From assembly GCA_900088475.1 (NCBI GenBank), contig FLMG01003337.1:1-64000 (forward strand): DNA of 64,000 nt, in the 5' to 3' direction. Shown piece after piece: positions 1-12,749 of the stretch. Source of the stretch: Hyphochytrium catenoides. Taxonomy: Eukaryota; Protista; Hyphochytriomycota. The position numbers were made by a program, and so were the translations under genes. The notes below the pieces were generated by a model, which ran no database searches, was not told the origin of the DNA, and saw nothing but the letters and a program-made list of their open reading frames with translations. Positions within the stretch are counted from its first letter, which is position 1; each line of letters begins with the position of its first letter.

Positions 1-50
1 AAGGAGGAGGGGGAGGTGAACCACCAGCAGCCATGTCGTCACCAACTACT

Positions 51-203
51 TAATAAGAAGTAAAAGAAGAAGTAAAAGATGAAGCTAAGAAGAAGTAAGA
101 AGAAGTAAAAGGATGAAGCTAAGAAGGAGTAAAAGAAGAAGAAGAAGACAGAGGGGAAATTTGAAAACGGAGATGAAGAAGAGAATAGAAGAGGAGAGGA
201 GAG
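51..203. repeat. Purine-rich low-complexity repeat (agaagaagtaaaag-like units)
   Basis: Repeated aagaagtaaaag / gatgaagctaagaag units are visible directly. Confidence 0.7.
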
Positions 204-830
204 CTACAGAGCCCTGGACTCTACAACGCGTTCTCCTCTACCACCCTCGCCATCAATGTCGGAAAAGGAAGAAGATCCATAGTTGAACTCTTCCGCAGCA
301 ATAATGATAGGAGACGGAGGAGGAGAGGAAGAAAGGGGCGTGGAGCCGAGACCTTCATCGTCATCGCGCTCAATCAGGCAAGCTAGAGCGGGGTCCACCT
401 GCTGAACACAAATACGCTTCAGAATTTGAATCGCAGTCTCTTCATGGATGGTGAAAGTGATACTGGTACGGAGAGTCAGAACCTTTGCCAAGCGAGACCA
501 GTGAACAAGAGGACGGGCAGCCTCAAGAGCGGCACAATCACACTGATGAAGCTTGACTAGCTGATACACTGACTCCAGGACATGTGGCATAGCACCACCA
601 AAAGACTCCCAGACAAGCGGCACGAACCGTCGCCCCACAGCCTGGCAGAGACCCTCATGCTTTCTCATCACCTTCGCTTTCTCCTCATCAGACAAACGAC
701 CTTGATAACCGGCATTTATAAGAAAGTTATTATCAGGCGTTACCCAGTGCCATAATTGTCAACGTAATGATGTCTTCAGAGAGATTACATGAACCTCCGT
801 CCTCTGGGAAGTCCGCCCTCTGGTCAGTGA
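204..830 (-). mobile_element. Degenerate C-terminal restriction-like endonuclease (RLE) region of a CRE/R2-type non-LTR retrotransposon (fragment)
   Basis: Minus frame reads HYVDNYGHWVTPDNNFLINAGYQGRLSDEEKAKVMRKHEGLCQAVGRRFVPLVWESFGG. This resembles the RLE pattern D..E..K..KY...C...G..F.P...ESFG. The upstream 'DQRAD' lies in another frame beyond a stop, there are no introns, and the flanks are low-complexity. Confidence 0.45.
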
Positions 831-1935
831 ACCCCACTGGTCTTGCCACCACCATAAGCAAGATAGTCGTAAGTCGTAACAGATAGTGGCGTTGGTCATC
901 CTCCTATTTGCTGCAATTCAATTGATAATAGGGCCCTTTATTTATTTATGGTGCTTCAAACTCAGCTGAATGACGACATCTTCTTCATCAGGTCCCGCCA
1001 GAGATAAGGAAGAAGGAGGAGCAGCCAGACAGAAGATTGACAGAGCTCTGCTGCTTGCTGAGGCAAAACAAGTACTCCTCCTCCTAGTACTCATAATAGT
1101 AGATTCTACTCGAACGAGTTCGTCCATCCTCCCGGGCTGCTGGTTCTTTCTTCCTTTCTTCTCTGATGAATGGTGGTGGAAGAAGGCTTCTACAGTACTG
1201 TAGAACTAGTAGAACTACAAGTACAACTGTATAGTAGAAGAGAGAGAGAGAGAGAGTTGACGTGAACAGCATTGGGAGCTGGGAGCACATTGAAGATTGA
1301 AGAACTGTATCTCGAAGGAAAGGGTTCTGATCAGGAATAAGGGCGAAGTTGTCGTTGAATCGGTCTTCCCTTGGTCAATCCCAGAATTCGATCTGTCGAT
1401 CGGTTGGTTTGACATTGGTGCCATCAAAAGGTGTTTTGTGGGTGATCATGTGATCACCCCTTCACTCTTGCAGTTCTGTGCTTGAATGTGTCAAAGCAGA
1501 GGGGGCCAACAGATGGGTGACGCCTCGCGCCTTTGCAGTTGAAGAAGGCTCTTTCGGTAACCTCCTCTTCTACAGACTGCAACTTTCTAGGCAGGAAGCA
1601 GGCTAACGCCGTGCGGCAGTCTTAGCTCTGCAGGGCAGGAAGACGGAAGAACAAGGTCACGAACCTCGAGGAAAGCAGATAATGTGGGACCAGGAAGCTT
1701 GCACTGCGTAGCAAGATAAAGTTAGTGCTTGTTGGATAATGGGTCAGCGCAGGATGGCGCTCAGTAGTTGCCTTGGGAAATTCCTTATGCTGTCAAGAAG
1801 ACGGCACGCATGATCGAGGTTACCCACAGCCAAAAGATAGGACTACTTATAGGTGCAGAACTAATAAGCTGTCACCTCATCAGTAGCAGCCCGTATATCT
1901 CCCTTCTATTCCGGGACTTCTTGCGCTGGTTCAGA

Positions 1936-4286
1936 ATGACGCTGATGAGACGGGGACGTCTCGACCACTCGTCTAAGCAAAATGTTGGAAGAACTTCCGA
2001 CTTTCACTTACCATCGCCACTAGGTGGCACATCGAATTCGGATAAGTTCTTCTGCAGACGTCGATTGCTCTTGCCAACCTGCGCACTAGTCCTTGGCATC
2101 ATGATAGGGAATATGCTTTACAGCTTGGGCAGTGTTGATGTCCTGTTTCTCTTTAAAGTTCCGTCTAATGAGCAATATTCTCGACATCGGCATTGGGAGA
2201 GAATAGCTGAGCACAAGGTATCAAGCAGCGCAGTTCGAGAGTCCCTGGGGTTTTGTAGTTGTTGTTGTTTTCTTTATATTATCCCCGTGCTTTCTCCATC
2301 CCATTCCTCACCACTTGCGTAGCGCTCCGTGTTCGCTCTGTTCCAGCTCCACTATCTCCTCCTTCCCAAGCCTTTAGCGTTTGGTGGCTCAGTAGAGTAC
2401 TCACGGGCCGCTCTTGGCCTAGGAATACCCCTTTGGGCTTGTAACAGATTTGGATATGGCCTCCCGAGACTCTCATACGCTTCTTTGGAAGTCTTACCTC
2501 CAGCGCGGGGTCCTGGTGAGAAAGGAATCCGGTAACTTCACGGTCAGGTGAGACGGTCGCGGAGTCCTAGCAAAGCGCACAAAGGAGGAAGGTGTGAGGT
2601 GAGCTGGACTTATGCGGTTCCCCTCACTTTCAAGCAGGTGGGAGGCAAAGATACAGCTGCAATCTCACACGGCTACCAAGAACCGGTCTATGGAACTTTC
2701 GGAATTGGTGAGACGAAAAAATGAGCAATGGCTAGCTGTCACGCTAACCTCTTCCATAACTCAATGGAAATTCACAGGTCAAGTTTTACTGCCCGCGGTA
2801 TAGCAAGACTCGTCTCTACGCCATGTGTGACATCACGGGCTTAGTAATGAAGATTGATTTGGAGAACCATGTGGCCATACCTCGCTTGGCCTTGGCAGAC
2901 GGTGATATTGAATCCTACTTTCTCTTCTGGCGAGAACCGAACTAAGTATGTTTGGTGCTATTTTCGACTCAGGCGATGGTCAGAAGTCAAAACCGTTCAA
3001 GATAGAGTGGGCAACACAGAAGGTAAGCCAAAGATGAAGCTGCCTAGCCAGAAGACGCCTGTATGGATCCCCCCAACCCTTCCACTCCCTAATGCCCAAC
3101 TACTAAATCTATATGCCCATTTATCAGGATGACCTACTCTATGTCGGTTCCATTGGCAAAGAATGGGTCAACAGCGACGGGATGATCATTCATCATGACT
3201 CGAAGTGGGTCAAAACGGTAGACTGCGAAGGAAGAGTGAGAAACCATGATTGGACCAGGGTACGACAATTTAGTTGGTTTCGCAATCTGCGAGTCATAAT
3301 GAACAAAGTACCGGCTGTATCTCGCTCTGACAGACTCCGCGTTTTCATTCTTACCTACTGCGCGCTAATGGACATAGACAAACTCTCCTCATGTTCCGTC
3401 TGCTATCTTTCCCTTTATCGAAGCAGATATACGACAGGCTTCGAATAGCGACAAATTGCACAGCTCCATCCGGATACCTATGGCACGAGGTAGTGACCTT
3501 CAGTCAGCTGCTGTAGTAGCGGTGGGTAGACCTGCAAAACCTTCGTTATTCATACAATTCGCCCCATTTAGGCAATTGAATGGGACCCGTTCAAGCGAAG
3601 GTGGATTATACTTCCGCGTAAGGCTAGTTCATCCACTCCATACACACCGGAGGATGATGAGACAAAGGGGACCAACCTCCTCATTATCGCCGACGAGAGC
3701 TTTGAGGACATTAAGGTGTTGCCTTGACGCCATTCAAAATCTTGTCTGCTCAAGAGTCGTGCCTTGACTTCTGTTCCGTATAGGTTACGCGGTTGGGTCC
3801 TTTGGATAACACGTATGGCTTCACGTCCGTCAGAAGTAAGCCGCCTACCGTCAGCATTTGGATCCTAGGGTCACAAAGAAGTTGATTCTCTCGCGTTAAA
3901 GTGCGCATTAGTTCGTGATATAACGATGACGTTTTTGGTCCAGCTCACCGTACAAGTGGCTTCCACATCCTTTGGCGTGCAATAACTGGTTTCTATTCCG
4001 TCTCCCCCTTTTTACTAAACCTAAAACCCTTCTCTTGCTGCTTCATCCGTCTAAGGATTGCCTGGCAGCGATCGCCTTTTCGCGGTGCTGAAAGTGCTAG
4101 AGATAGGCAACGTCACTCGGACGGTAAGTTTTACCAGTCAGTAACCCAGAACTTCACTTCTAACGCTACATCCAGACGCTAGGAGTCTTCGATGTCGAAA
4201 GCCGTGAATTTTTGACGGAGGGCGAGGCTGATTCTCCTTTCCTATTTGTCTCCTCACATAAGTATGAAGGGATTTCTTTTTTATAG
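1936..4286 (+). CDS. CANT1: Calcium-activated nucleotidase / apyrase (CANT1-like), multi-exon, N-terminal signal-anchor
   Basis: Spliced exons give NRSMELSEL, GDGQKSKPFKIEWATQK, LYVGSIGKEW, WVKTVD..GRV..HDW, GYLWHEAIEWD..RRWIILPRKAS, DDETKGTN and a C-terminal KYEGISFL*. All are hallmark CANT1/apyrase motifs. Confidence 0.9.
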
Positions 4287-4525
4287 TTACGACTGAGTGA
4301 GAAGGAAGAGATCGCTGAACAGCTTCCTCCGGCATATGATGGGCCAACTACCTCCCTTATTTGCCCGCGTTGGTATGTGTGGCTAAGATAATCATAGAGC
4401 GCCCTCCGATGTGTGCTACTTGACCTTTTTAAGTTGTATAAGCAGTGAAAAGGAGGGGGTTTCCCAGCACATCTGTGACAGGTATCCCTCCTTGTCCCCA
4501 CCATCTGCCAAAACTTCCACTATCG

Positions 4526-7500
4526 TCACTTCCTTCTTCTTGTGATGGTCACCTTGTGCTTATCTTGCTTATTTGAGTGCCAGTACTTCAAGGTCTGTTT
4601 TTGCTCGTCCCACTCGTAGGATCCATCCGATACCCTAATCGTCGCACCATCGGGGTACTGGTACTGAGGTATATAGACCTCGGTGGGCTCAGAAATTGAG
4701 TTATCCCCTATGAATTCAAAAGAAAACTTCCTTCCCTATTTTGCATGAAAGGAAGAGTGTAATTTTAGAGTTGCTCCACTGACGTTCACATAATTCACGC
4801 ATTCTCCGGACTCTACCAAGGTACTTGACGAAACCTCATAGAAGGTTCTAAAGCGGTTTTACCTCAGAAAGGGCTCTGAAGCGGATTCGAAGGGGTTCTC
4901 CTGCAATTTTTATAGGAAAGGGGCGGACTATCGCGGGAAGTGCCCTACCTCCCGAGTGTGCGTCATCTGGATCGGTCTAGAGTATGTGAAAGAAAAGTAA
5001 CCGTCTGAGCGTCAATGACTTAGAGATACTAAATAAACGAAGGACCCAGGTCCAAAGACAAGACAAGAGAACTCTCCATGGAAATAGAAGATAGGATGGA
5101 GTCAATAGCATCAACCCGCTCCAAAGTATTCACGGAAATAGCGATGAGGCCTTACGATTTGGTCCCGGCTGAAGATGCTGAGGTCTTCATCATTCCACAT
5201 ATCTCCTCTCTGGTTCGTATTGTCCGGTGTGTAGTTCCACCCTATACGAATTGAAAGTTCCATTAGCAGGTGCGATACAGCCCAAACAGTTTGCTTAAAG
5301 CTGGCGCCAAAAGAGAGCATTTACATGTGAAAGAGAGGAGACAGCGCTCAATCGCCCGCATTATAGTGTCGGCTGCCATAATATGAGAGGAAAAATCTCC
5401 TGTCTTGAAGGCTTGCTTGTCAGACATATCGAAAGCAATGCCAACCTCGCCGAGAAGCGTGGGAGCGCCTTTGGCCGAAATATCCTTAGCATCTTCCTGT
5501 CAGTCATGTAGGGCAAGGCAACGTTAGAAAGGGTGGAGCGAGAACTGCTCTCAAACAAGAGTCTCGGCAAGGCAACAACTAGGTGAGTGTTATTTAAGAG
5601 CTGTAAGGAAGCTGGAGTGATATGCATCGTCCAAGACCAAACAGTGCTTGGAACCAAGGAACTTCCTTCGGTAAACTCTAAGATCTCGTTTTGTTCAAAC
5701 CTTGAGGTGGTTCATCATCCCACTAAAAGCTAAGATTTGCGCTGCATGTCCAAAGACGGGAACCTCATTGAGGTAGTCCAGAGAAAGGTACGAGCGGAAA
5801 GACTTGGTCATCAGCTGCACACCATCATACCAGTGTGGAGCCCAAGCGAAGTTCTGTGACATAGAGGTTTGCACGGTGATATCTCAGTTGGCGCCACTAA
5901 TCTACCCTGGTACCCTTCCCTATTGCTAAAGAACAACACAGATTGAACCATCGCGTCATTACATATAGCACACCTGTACCCTACCTAGCTTTCTTCCACC
6001 TGCCACTGTCTGGGTACCTCCAATCGACCTACCTTAACATCTCTCATCAGCGCGCGATCGTGACGCAAAGGTTTCTCCATATCGACATGTGGTTCAGCAA
6101 AGACTATCGCGTTCGGCATAACCTCTCGTATGGCCTTAAGGAAAGAGAGCGTGTCCTAGAATTCAGTAGTTCTTTTCCTCTTCAGTTATCGTGGGAACAG
6201 GCCTACCTCGGCGTACTTCCTAAAAAACGGTGCCATATAGTCTGACAAAAGCAATTGAGTATAGTAAGTGTTCTTAGAGATTAGCTGTAATGGAGTGCAT
6301 TGAAGTGAGGATGGACGAGAGCAATAGAGCAAGACCTCAGGAACTTCAGCAAAGGATAGGACAGGGCTTGAATAGGAATACAGCCAGTGAAGCTGAAGAA
6401 ATTGGGGACTGTCGCTAGCCAGGTGCTACAAACGAGCCTAGTTAGCTAAAAAACTCAGGGCCACAAATATACAACTAACCGTTGACGAAACGTATCTTCT
6501 CCCCATTAGGACGTCTAGCGAAGTGATTGGGTCTGACTAGAACGGGTCGTCCACTCGTCTGATCGACATCCCAAACACCGTTCTCCCTCCAGACACATTG
6601 CTTCCCAGGAATAAAGAGTGACACCATTTGAGGGTTCAAAGTCTCCATTCCAATAAGAACAAAAGGAAGTGAAAAGCGCTCCACAGTCTGCGGGAAACCA
6701 GAAGCTACGGAGATAGCCTGGAAAGACGACATCGACCATCCTTACAGTGAAAGCAAACCGAAATGTCTAGGCGTAAGCGAATTACCAAATCAATGGAACA
6801 GACGCAACAGAAAATTTGACCATTCTGACCAAATCAGTGTTGTTTGCAGTATGCTTTCTCGTTCATGGATACTTACCTAGCCTTATCTCTGCCATATCAC
6901 TAAGATCCTGAATTCCCACAAATCCCGCTGAAGGTTCATTGAGGGTATCGAAACCTATGACATTCTTCTCGTCCTTGAGATGCTCTGCCACCTTCACCAT
7001 GGCTTTTATGTAGTGGTCCTGTAGAAATCCCTGGACAGGCTTGCCGTGAATCCTAGTTCTCGGTGCAAAGTCATCGCCAGCAAAAAAAAGGCTAAACATA
7101 GTTGCAGTGGCGTAGCGAAAATAGTTGGTCCCCCACACCATCTTCGGGAAGGGGTCTCCGAGCTGTCGAGAGGGGGGACAAACAGGGAAAGGCTTCTAGG
7201 TTAGCTAAGAGCCAGAACAAAATGTAGGAAGTTGCTCAACCGTGTTCTCAGATGGCAAGCTTTCTCCTCACCTCCTGATGAGTCACGGCTGCGCCAGATG
7301 CGTAAAGCTTCCTGATGTCCATGCCAAGCAGCTCTAACGTCCAAGCCGGAGCCCCATCCCCACCAGTCCATCTTGACCACACATCCTGATGGGGGTCCTA
7401 TATGTTGTTAGGGTAAGTTAAGAAGCGGACGGGGCAATATTGGTAGAAGTCAACAGAAAAAAAAAGCATATTCGGCGACCGGGGTGAAACTAGATCTTGC

Positions 7501-8631
7501 GCCAGAATAACACAATGGTGATGTTGCATTCCTACAATGAAGCAAATGATGCCGTATTCGCCAGCCTTCCTAACGATCTTCCTGAGGTATTCCAGATACT
7601 CCACATCGTACAGTCCTGGTCCGGCGTGCTCTACCGCCTCCCAGGTTACAATCAGTCTCAAAACCGTCAGACCCCACCTGCCAGGCAGTGTTAAGCAACA
7701 GCTCTTGATATCTGTTTGCGAAAGATCCAACCCGAAAGCTGACTACATCTTCCCCGCCCACTATTACTGCCCGCGATAGTCTAGTCCTAACCCTCTCTGA
7801 ACACTGAGCAATATATCGAAGAATAAGCTGGACGCTCGTCAGCCGTAGCCGTAACCTTAGGCAAACGCACATCTGCCTGGCTGAAGATCCTCTAATCCCT
7901 CCTTGCTCAAGGCTTCCCTTCATCTTTTCCTTCCATGGTACTATGGATGCGACATCTACCCCGATCTCCCGTTATCTCAGCCACAAGAAAAGTGACATCT
8001 TACAGGTAGGCACTCACATTCTAAGTCTGCTGAAATGCTCGTCGGCTTCTTCAAGTGGGAAAGGTCTACCGACGAAGGACACATTCTTAGTGTCGAAAAA
8101 GCCTTCTATCTTATATGTGGACCCATCTGGAGTCCGAGGAAGTTTGGACGTTCCTGCAAGGTTGACGCCTCGAAGAAGTAGCGTGCGGCCAAACTGATCT
8201 TTGAACCATGGGCCGTCGGCTCGTACTTGCAGGCCAGCAAGATTAGGCGCAGAAGGTAGCTGGCTCCACTCAGAGGGTATCTTCAAGGCCTGGTAGCCAG
8301 AGACATCGATGATTGGCGGGCTCAGAAGTATCTGCAAGTCAAAACAAAGCTCAGATCTCATACTAGTGTCGAGTAGCTCTGTTTGATTTCCTGGCAGACG
8401 CGCAATGCTTACCTTTACATATAACGCAAAGCTTAAGCACACCAATGAGGCGGAGCGAGTACTCCATCTAAAGCGTGTTCCCATACCCTTCTTTCGAAAA
8501 GCCAATTCGCCAAAAGCCAAGGTAGCGACAGATATGCCAACAGCGTTCGCAGCGAGGACATCTTCAAGAGAATAGTCCTTCAGGATAGCCGCCATGGGCG
8601 TAAAAATCGCGGTAAGTAGCCTGGCTCTCAT
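4526..8631 (-). CDS. Glycoside hydrolase family 5 endoglycoceramidase/glucosylceramidase/steryl-beta-glucosidase-like enzyme, multi-exon
   Basis: FKDQFGRTLLLRGVNLAGTSKLP, SFVGRPFPLEEADEHFSRL, WGLTVLRLIVTWEAVEHAGPG.YD.EYL, DPHQDVWSRWTGGDGAPAW, GFDTLNEP (acid/base) and WNYTPDNTNQRGDMWNDEDLSIFS match the EGCrP/GH5_12-type enzymes. Confidence 0.9.
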
Positions 8632-9590
8632 TCTTTAGCACTTGACGAGCTAAATCCCCTTAGACCAGAATCAATCGCCCAGCCCTTGGCTGAGGGTGGC
8701 AAAATTCGAACTATGATGGTTCTTTCCCGGCGGGACGTGAAGGAGGAGCAACAGTGCTAATAATAGGAAAGCTAGTTGTATAGAGTGATCGATGCGGGGG
8801 AGGCCCACGACTGGAGGAATGGAGATGCAAGCGGTTTAAAGTTCCTTCTTTCCTTTGCTTCAGCTTCCCTGCTACAGCAGAGATAGTTCTATGGCGGCCT
8901 GCCTTGTCCTGAATACCGCTTCTAATAAGTCTAGCGAAAATGCTGCTTCAGGTAGTTGGAACCAAAAGTCAACTCCATAGACAGGCGTTCAGCTACTTCG
9001 TGCTCTGCCTGTTCCTAACCATGCCCTTGAAATGCCTTTGTGCAACTTTGAGAAAGCAGGAACATGGTCAAGAAGCAGTTCTGAGCATGCAAATGATCTC
9101 ATTTGACCTCTTCGAAAAAGCGAAGAGCTCAGAGGTGAGATCTATCATTCCAAGGCCCAAGAACGCACTGTGATTGTTGGAATTACATACGCTTATTTTA
9201 GAACTAGGGCATTTTGTACTTGTACATACGGCAAGTACTTGTATAAGTTTCAACCTCTCTCAAAGCTCATGAATAATGAGAAAAGCTGACAAAGAAGGGA
9301 GGTTTGTCTTCTGCAGTACGAAAGCCGTCTGAAGTACGCCGGTATGACCTGCTGGATGCAGACGAGTTTTCCTGAAGGTTCTGGTTTGCCATCATGCTCC
9401 CGTTGGTCCTAGCTATACGAAGCCCATAAAAGGAAGAGCAGATCCATCTGAAGTCGAAGGTGTTGTTTATAGGGACCGAAGAAACTTAACACCGGAATTA
9501 GGACATTGTCACTTTTCTTAGTAGTGTCGGAGCAAACTTGCTTGTAGGTGTCGGTGCAACTTCACTCCTGGTTGCCTCTATTTTATACTA

Positions 9591-11065
9591 ATGGCTACTA
9601 GGAGAGGAAATGACTATCATTGGCAGAACAGATTTCCCCACAGCACTGCCCCGGCGCCGCGACCTCTTCTGAGGGGAGCACGATCCATCCTGGTCAAGAT
9701 AGGAACAGAAGTCATCACCGATCCTGAAGGACAAATTTCGATGGGCAGGATTGGAAATATTGTTGAACAAATTAGCAAGCTGAAACTTCTGGGCCTCAAC
9801 TTTATCATGGTGACAAGTGGCGCTGTAGGCATTGGAAAAGTCCAGCTTAGGAAACAGCATATGCTGTGCGGCACTTTGCAGGTACTTCGCGGAATGTGGT
9901 CAGCTATATGACTTTGAGTCATTAGAGATCTTACAAGCATCGGCAGGAGCATATGTCAAAGCGGAGTAAGAACTACGGCGAATGGGATCTTCGAGCTTGT
10001 GCAGCAGCAGGTAAGGTCGTCATGTGGATAACATTGGGACTACATCTAAGCCAAAGACAAGGTCAAAGCGGGATGCAACGGTTTTACGAGACACTTTTCC
10101 AGCAGTATGACGTCGCCTGCGCGCAGATCCTAGTGACAGACAACGACTTCCGAGTTCCAGAGGTCGGCCCTTCGATACTCTGTACTATTTTCCCCATAGA
10201 TCAAGAATAAGCGCTTCTCCGTGTCCTGCGTATTGCAACTTCTCCTTTCCGAGTAAAAGTAAAGCCCGAAGGTAGCGAAGGCTCATCCACCTCACCCCAA
10301 GAACTGTGTCTTGCCATGTAGAGCCGGGATAACCTGAAGCGAACCCTCTTTCAACTGCTGGACCTCCAAATAGTCCCAATTATAAACGAGAATGATGTGA
10401 TATCGACAAGGATGACTCCTCTAGTTGATGACAAAGTATTTGCAGCAAAGCTAACTGTGAAGCAGTGGTCCACAATGAGCTAATACATTGTCACGAACAG
10501 GGTCGAGTGCTATGGGACAATGACTCATTGGCGGCTCTTGTCGCCAGCGAAATGGGAGTTGACGCTATCATCAACTTGACTGACGTAGACGGCTTTCTGT
10601 CAGTGTGCGATGACGGCCAACGATTTGCGGTTGAACGGACATGGGGCCCGCATTCGAAGCTTGTGGTAAATGATCAAAGTAGAGTTGGACCGGAAGGGCA
10701 GCTGGACAAGTTTCAGGCAGTGGTACAAGCAGTCCAAAGCGGCACGGTAAAGGTAACCTGTAGAGACCAACCTGACTCCGTCACGTCCGCTTCCATTATG
10801 CCTAAACACGCAATTGTCCCTTGCTTTCTGACGCACACCTCTAAGTCTCTCTGATGAATTCTTGCAACAAGGAATTAATGAGTTTGGTTTACCTCCACTA
10901 CAGGCCGCGGTGGTGGTGAATGCCAACGAGTCGTATGGCATTTTAGACCGAGTACTGGCAGGAGAAGAAGTCGGAACATACGTAATACGCCGGCCTGGCG
11001 AGGAGCTTAGCTTGGTTGTGGCCACCAATGTGGAGCACAGGGCTTTATTGGCCTCAAACTTGTAA
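9591..11065 (+). CDS. proB: Glutamate 5-kinase (amino-acid kinase family, P5CS-type kinase domain only), multi-exon
   Basis: ILVKIGT, MVTSGAVGIG, RACAAAGQSG, CAQILVTDNDF, VPIINENDV, WDNDSLAALVA, NLTDVDG. The gene ends at ALLASNL* with no PUA or reductase domain. Confidence 0.85.
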
Positions 11066-11250
11066 CACGTCGTAACAGCTCTTTCATTATGGCTCGCCTT
11101 GGTCAGGGTAGCATATGCTAGGGAACTATGCACAGAGGAACAGTGGGGGCCAGGGCAAAGGTAGAATTGTCCGGGTGATAGCAGTCGGAAAAGCCAAGTG
11201 AAACCCGTCCATGGCTCCTCCTTTGACGAGAACATGAGGCTTGGGTGCTC

Positions 11251-11971
11251 CTATCGGCCCATTCTTCGCGATTGTGCTGTTTTCAGGCAATTACTTAGTG
11301 ACAGGCAAAGACAGAGCCATGAATTGGAACGGAGAAGCCAAAGACGTGGTTGTCTAAGCAAAAGCAAGACCAAAAGATAGCTCATATCACCTTTTCTGAC
11401 AATAGCAGCAGCCTGCCCACGTGGAGCGAGATCTCCAGCTCCGACCGTGAGAGCACCCTTCTGCTTCTTCCACAAGAGAACCCTCCGAAACATAGGGGCC
11501 TTCTTCAGCGTAAAGAAAGAGTTAAGGATAGGGCTCGATGGCATATTTAGAGAGGGAAAGTAAGCGCGAGGCATCTTGCCAATCGTGTCAGAGTCGAAGT
11601 GCTACACAAGACAAAGTCGGTTTGAGGATGAGAAGGATATATGTCAGGAAGCACAATCATCAGGATCTGGCCTCCCCTGATATAAATCTGTTCTACTTGC
11701 GATTGTCTTCCGAATGAATCTGTCCTTATGGCGTCGCGTAGAGTACAGTTCATGTTGTCCTCGCTCTCGTCTAGGGTACCTCTGTATACATCCCCTAACG
11801 GTCCATGTTCAGTAACAGTGCCTCCAACAATAGAAGACGAGGCCATAATGCATAATGCGGTGAAATGGCCTCATACTCACCTGACTTGAGCTCTATCGTC
11901 ACCAATGTTCCTTCTGCATCATGGAGCAAGATAGTAGGGATCCCGATCCCTCGCTTTCCGGTGACTGACAT
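11251..11971 (-). CDS. SNRPD3: Small nuclear ribonucleoprotein Sm D3-like, 4 exons
   Basis: Spliced product is [47 protein letters not shown]...QVEQIYIRGGQILMIVLPDMLKKAPMF...AQSRRMGR*. It has Sm1/Sm2 motifs and the SmD3 PDMLK.APMF signature. Confidence 0.9.
11510..11640 (-). other. U12-type (minor spliceosome) AT-AC intron in SmD3
   Basis: The 5' end is ATATCCTTCT, the branch site TCCTTAAC lies 11 nt before the terminal AC, and removal restores ...LPD-M-LKKAPMF (codon AT|G). Confidence 0.93.
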
Positions 11972-12749
11972 CCTCTAGTCCGCCTTATGTTGCACTAAAA
12001 GCACCTATCTATTATAGCTAGCCCGTAGAAAGCGAAGTTCAATAACCCACGGGTGCCTTTGGAGAGGACCTTGTCTGGGTAAGATCGGGTTCCTTGTACT
12101 ATGGCATCAACAGATGGTCACGTAGTGCGCAGAATGGAAAAGCTTTCTACTTCAGGTCTGGTTCTAATGGTCTGAGGTTCTGCATGTATTGGCCGGCTTC
12201 GTAGGATGCTTCCAGCCAAAAGAGTTCGCGCCTTTATTACTTTCCAAGTACTCCTTTTGTGTGTGAAGTGGGAATGAGTGAGCAATGTTCATGAGGTGCC
12301 AATAATCTTCACTTCCGTTCAATCTCGGCAGGTCAGGTCATAGTAGTAGGGTATTCAATCACAAGGGTTTGTACTCTTAAGTGCTACGTTCATGCAGTAG
12401 TAATACTGTGAGGCAAGACTTGCTTCAACCGTACAATTGGCATTGCTCTCCAATTATTAGAGGGCCTTATTGCTTTCCACTTGCTTCCTAGAAGAACGAC
12501 ATAGAATGACATTGCGCAACTCATCATGAAGTTGCCCTAATCCTATTTTCCAACATACTTCTGGTTGTAAGCGCAGACCAAGAAGCGGAGCCACAGCAAG
12601 TCAACAAAGCTCTTGATTAGAGTTTACCTTTAGCAAACACCTTTGTACCTAAATATACAATCAATAAATATCTGTCTGTACACGGATCGCTGTGTCGACT
12701 CTCACAAGTATATATGGTGCGCATTGTATTGCACAGACGCACACAGAGT

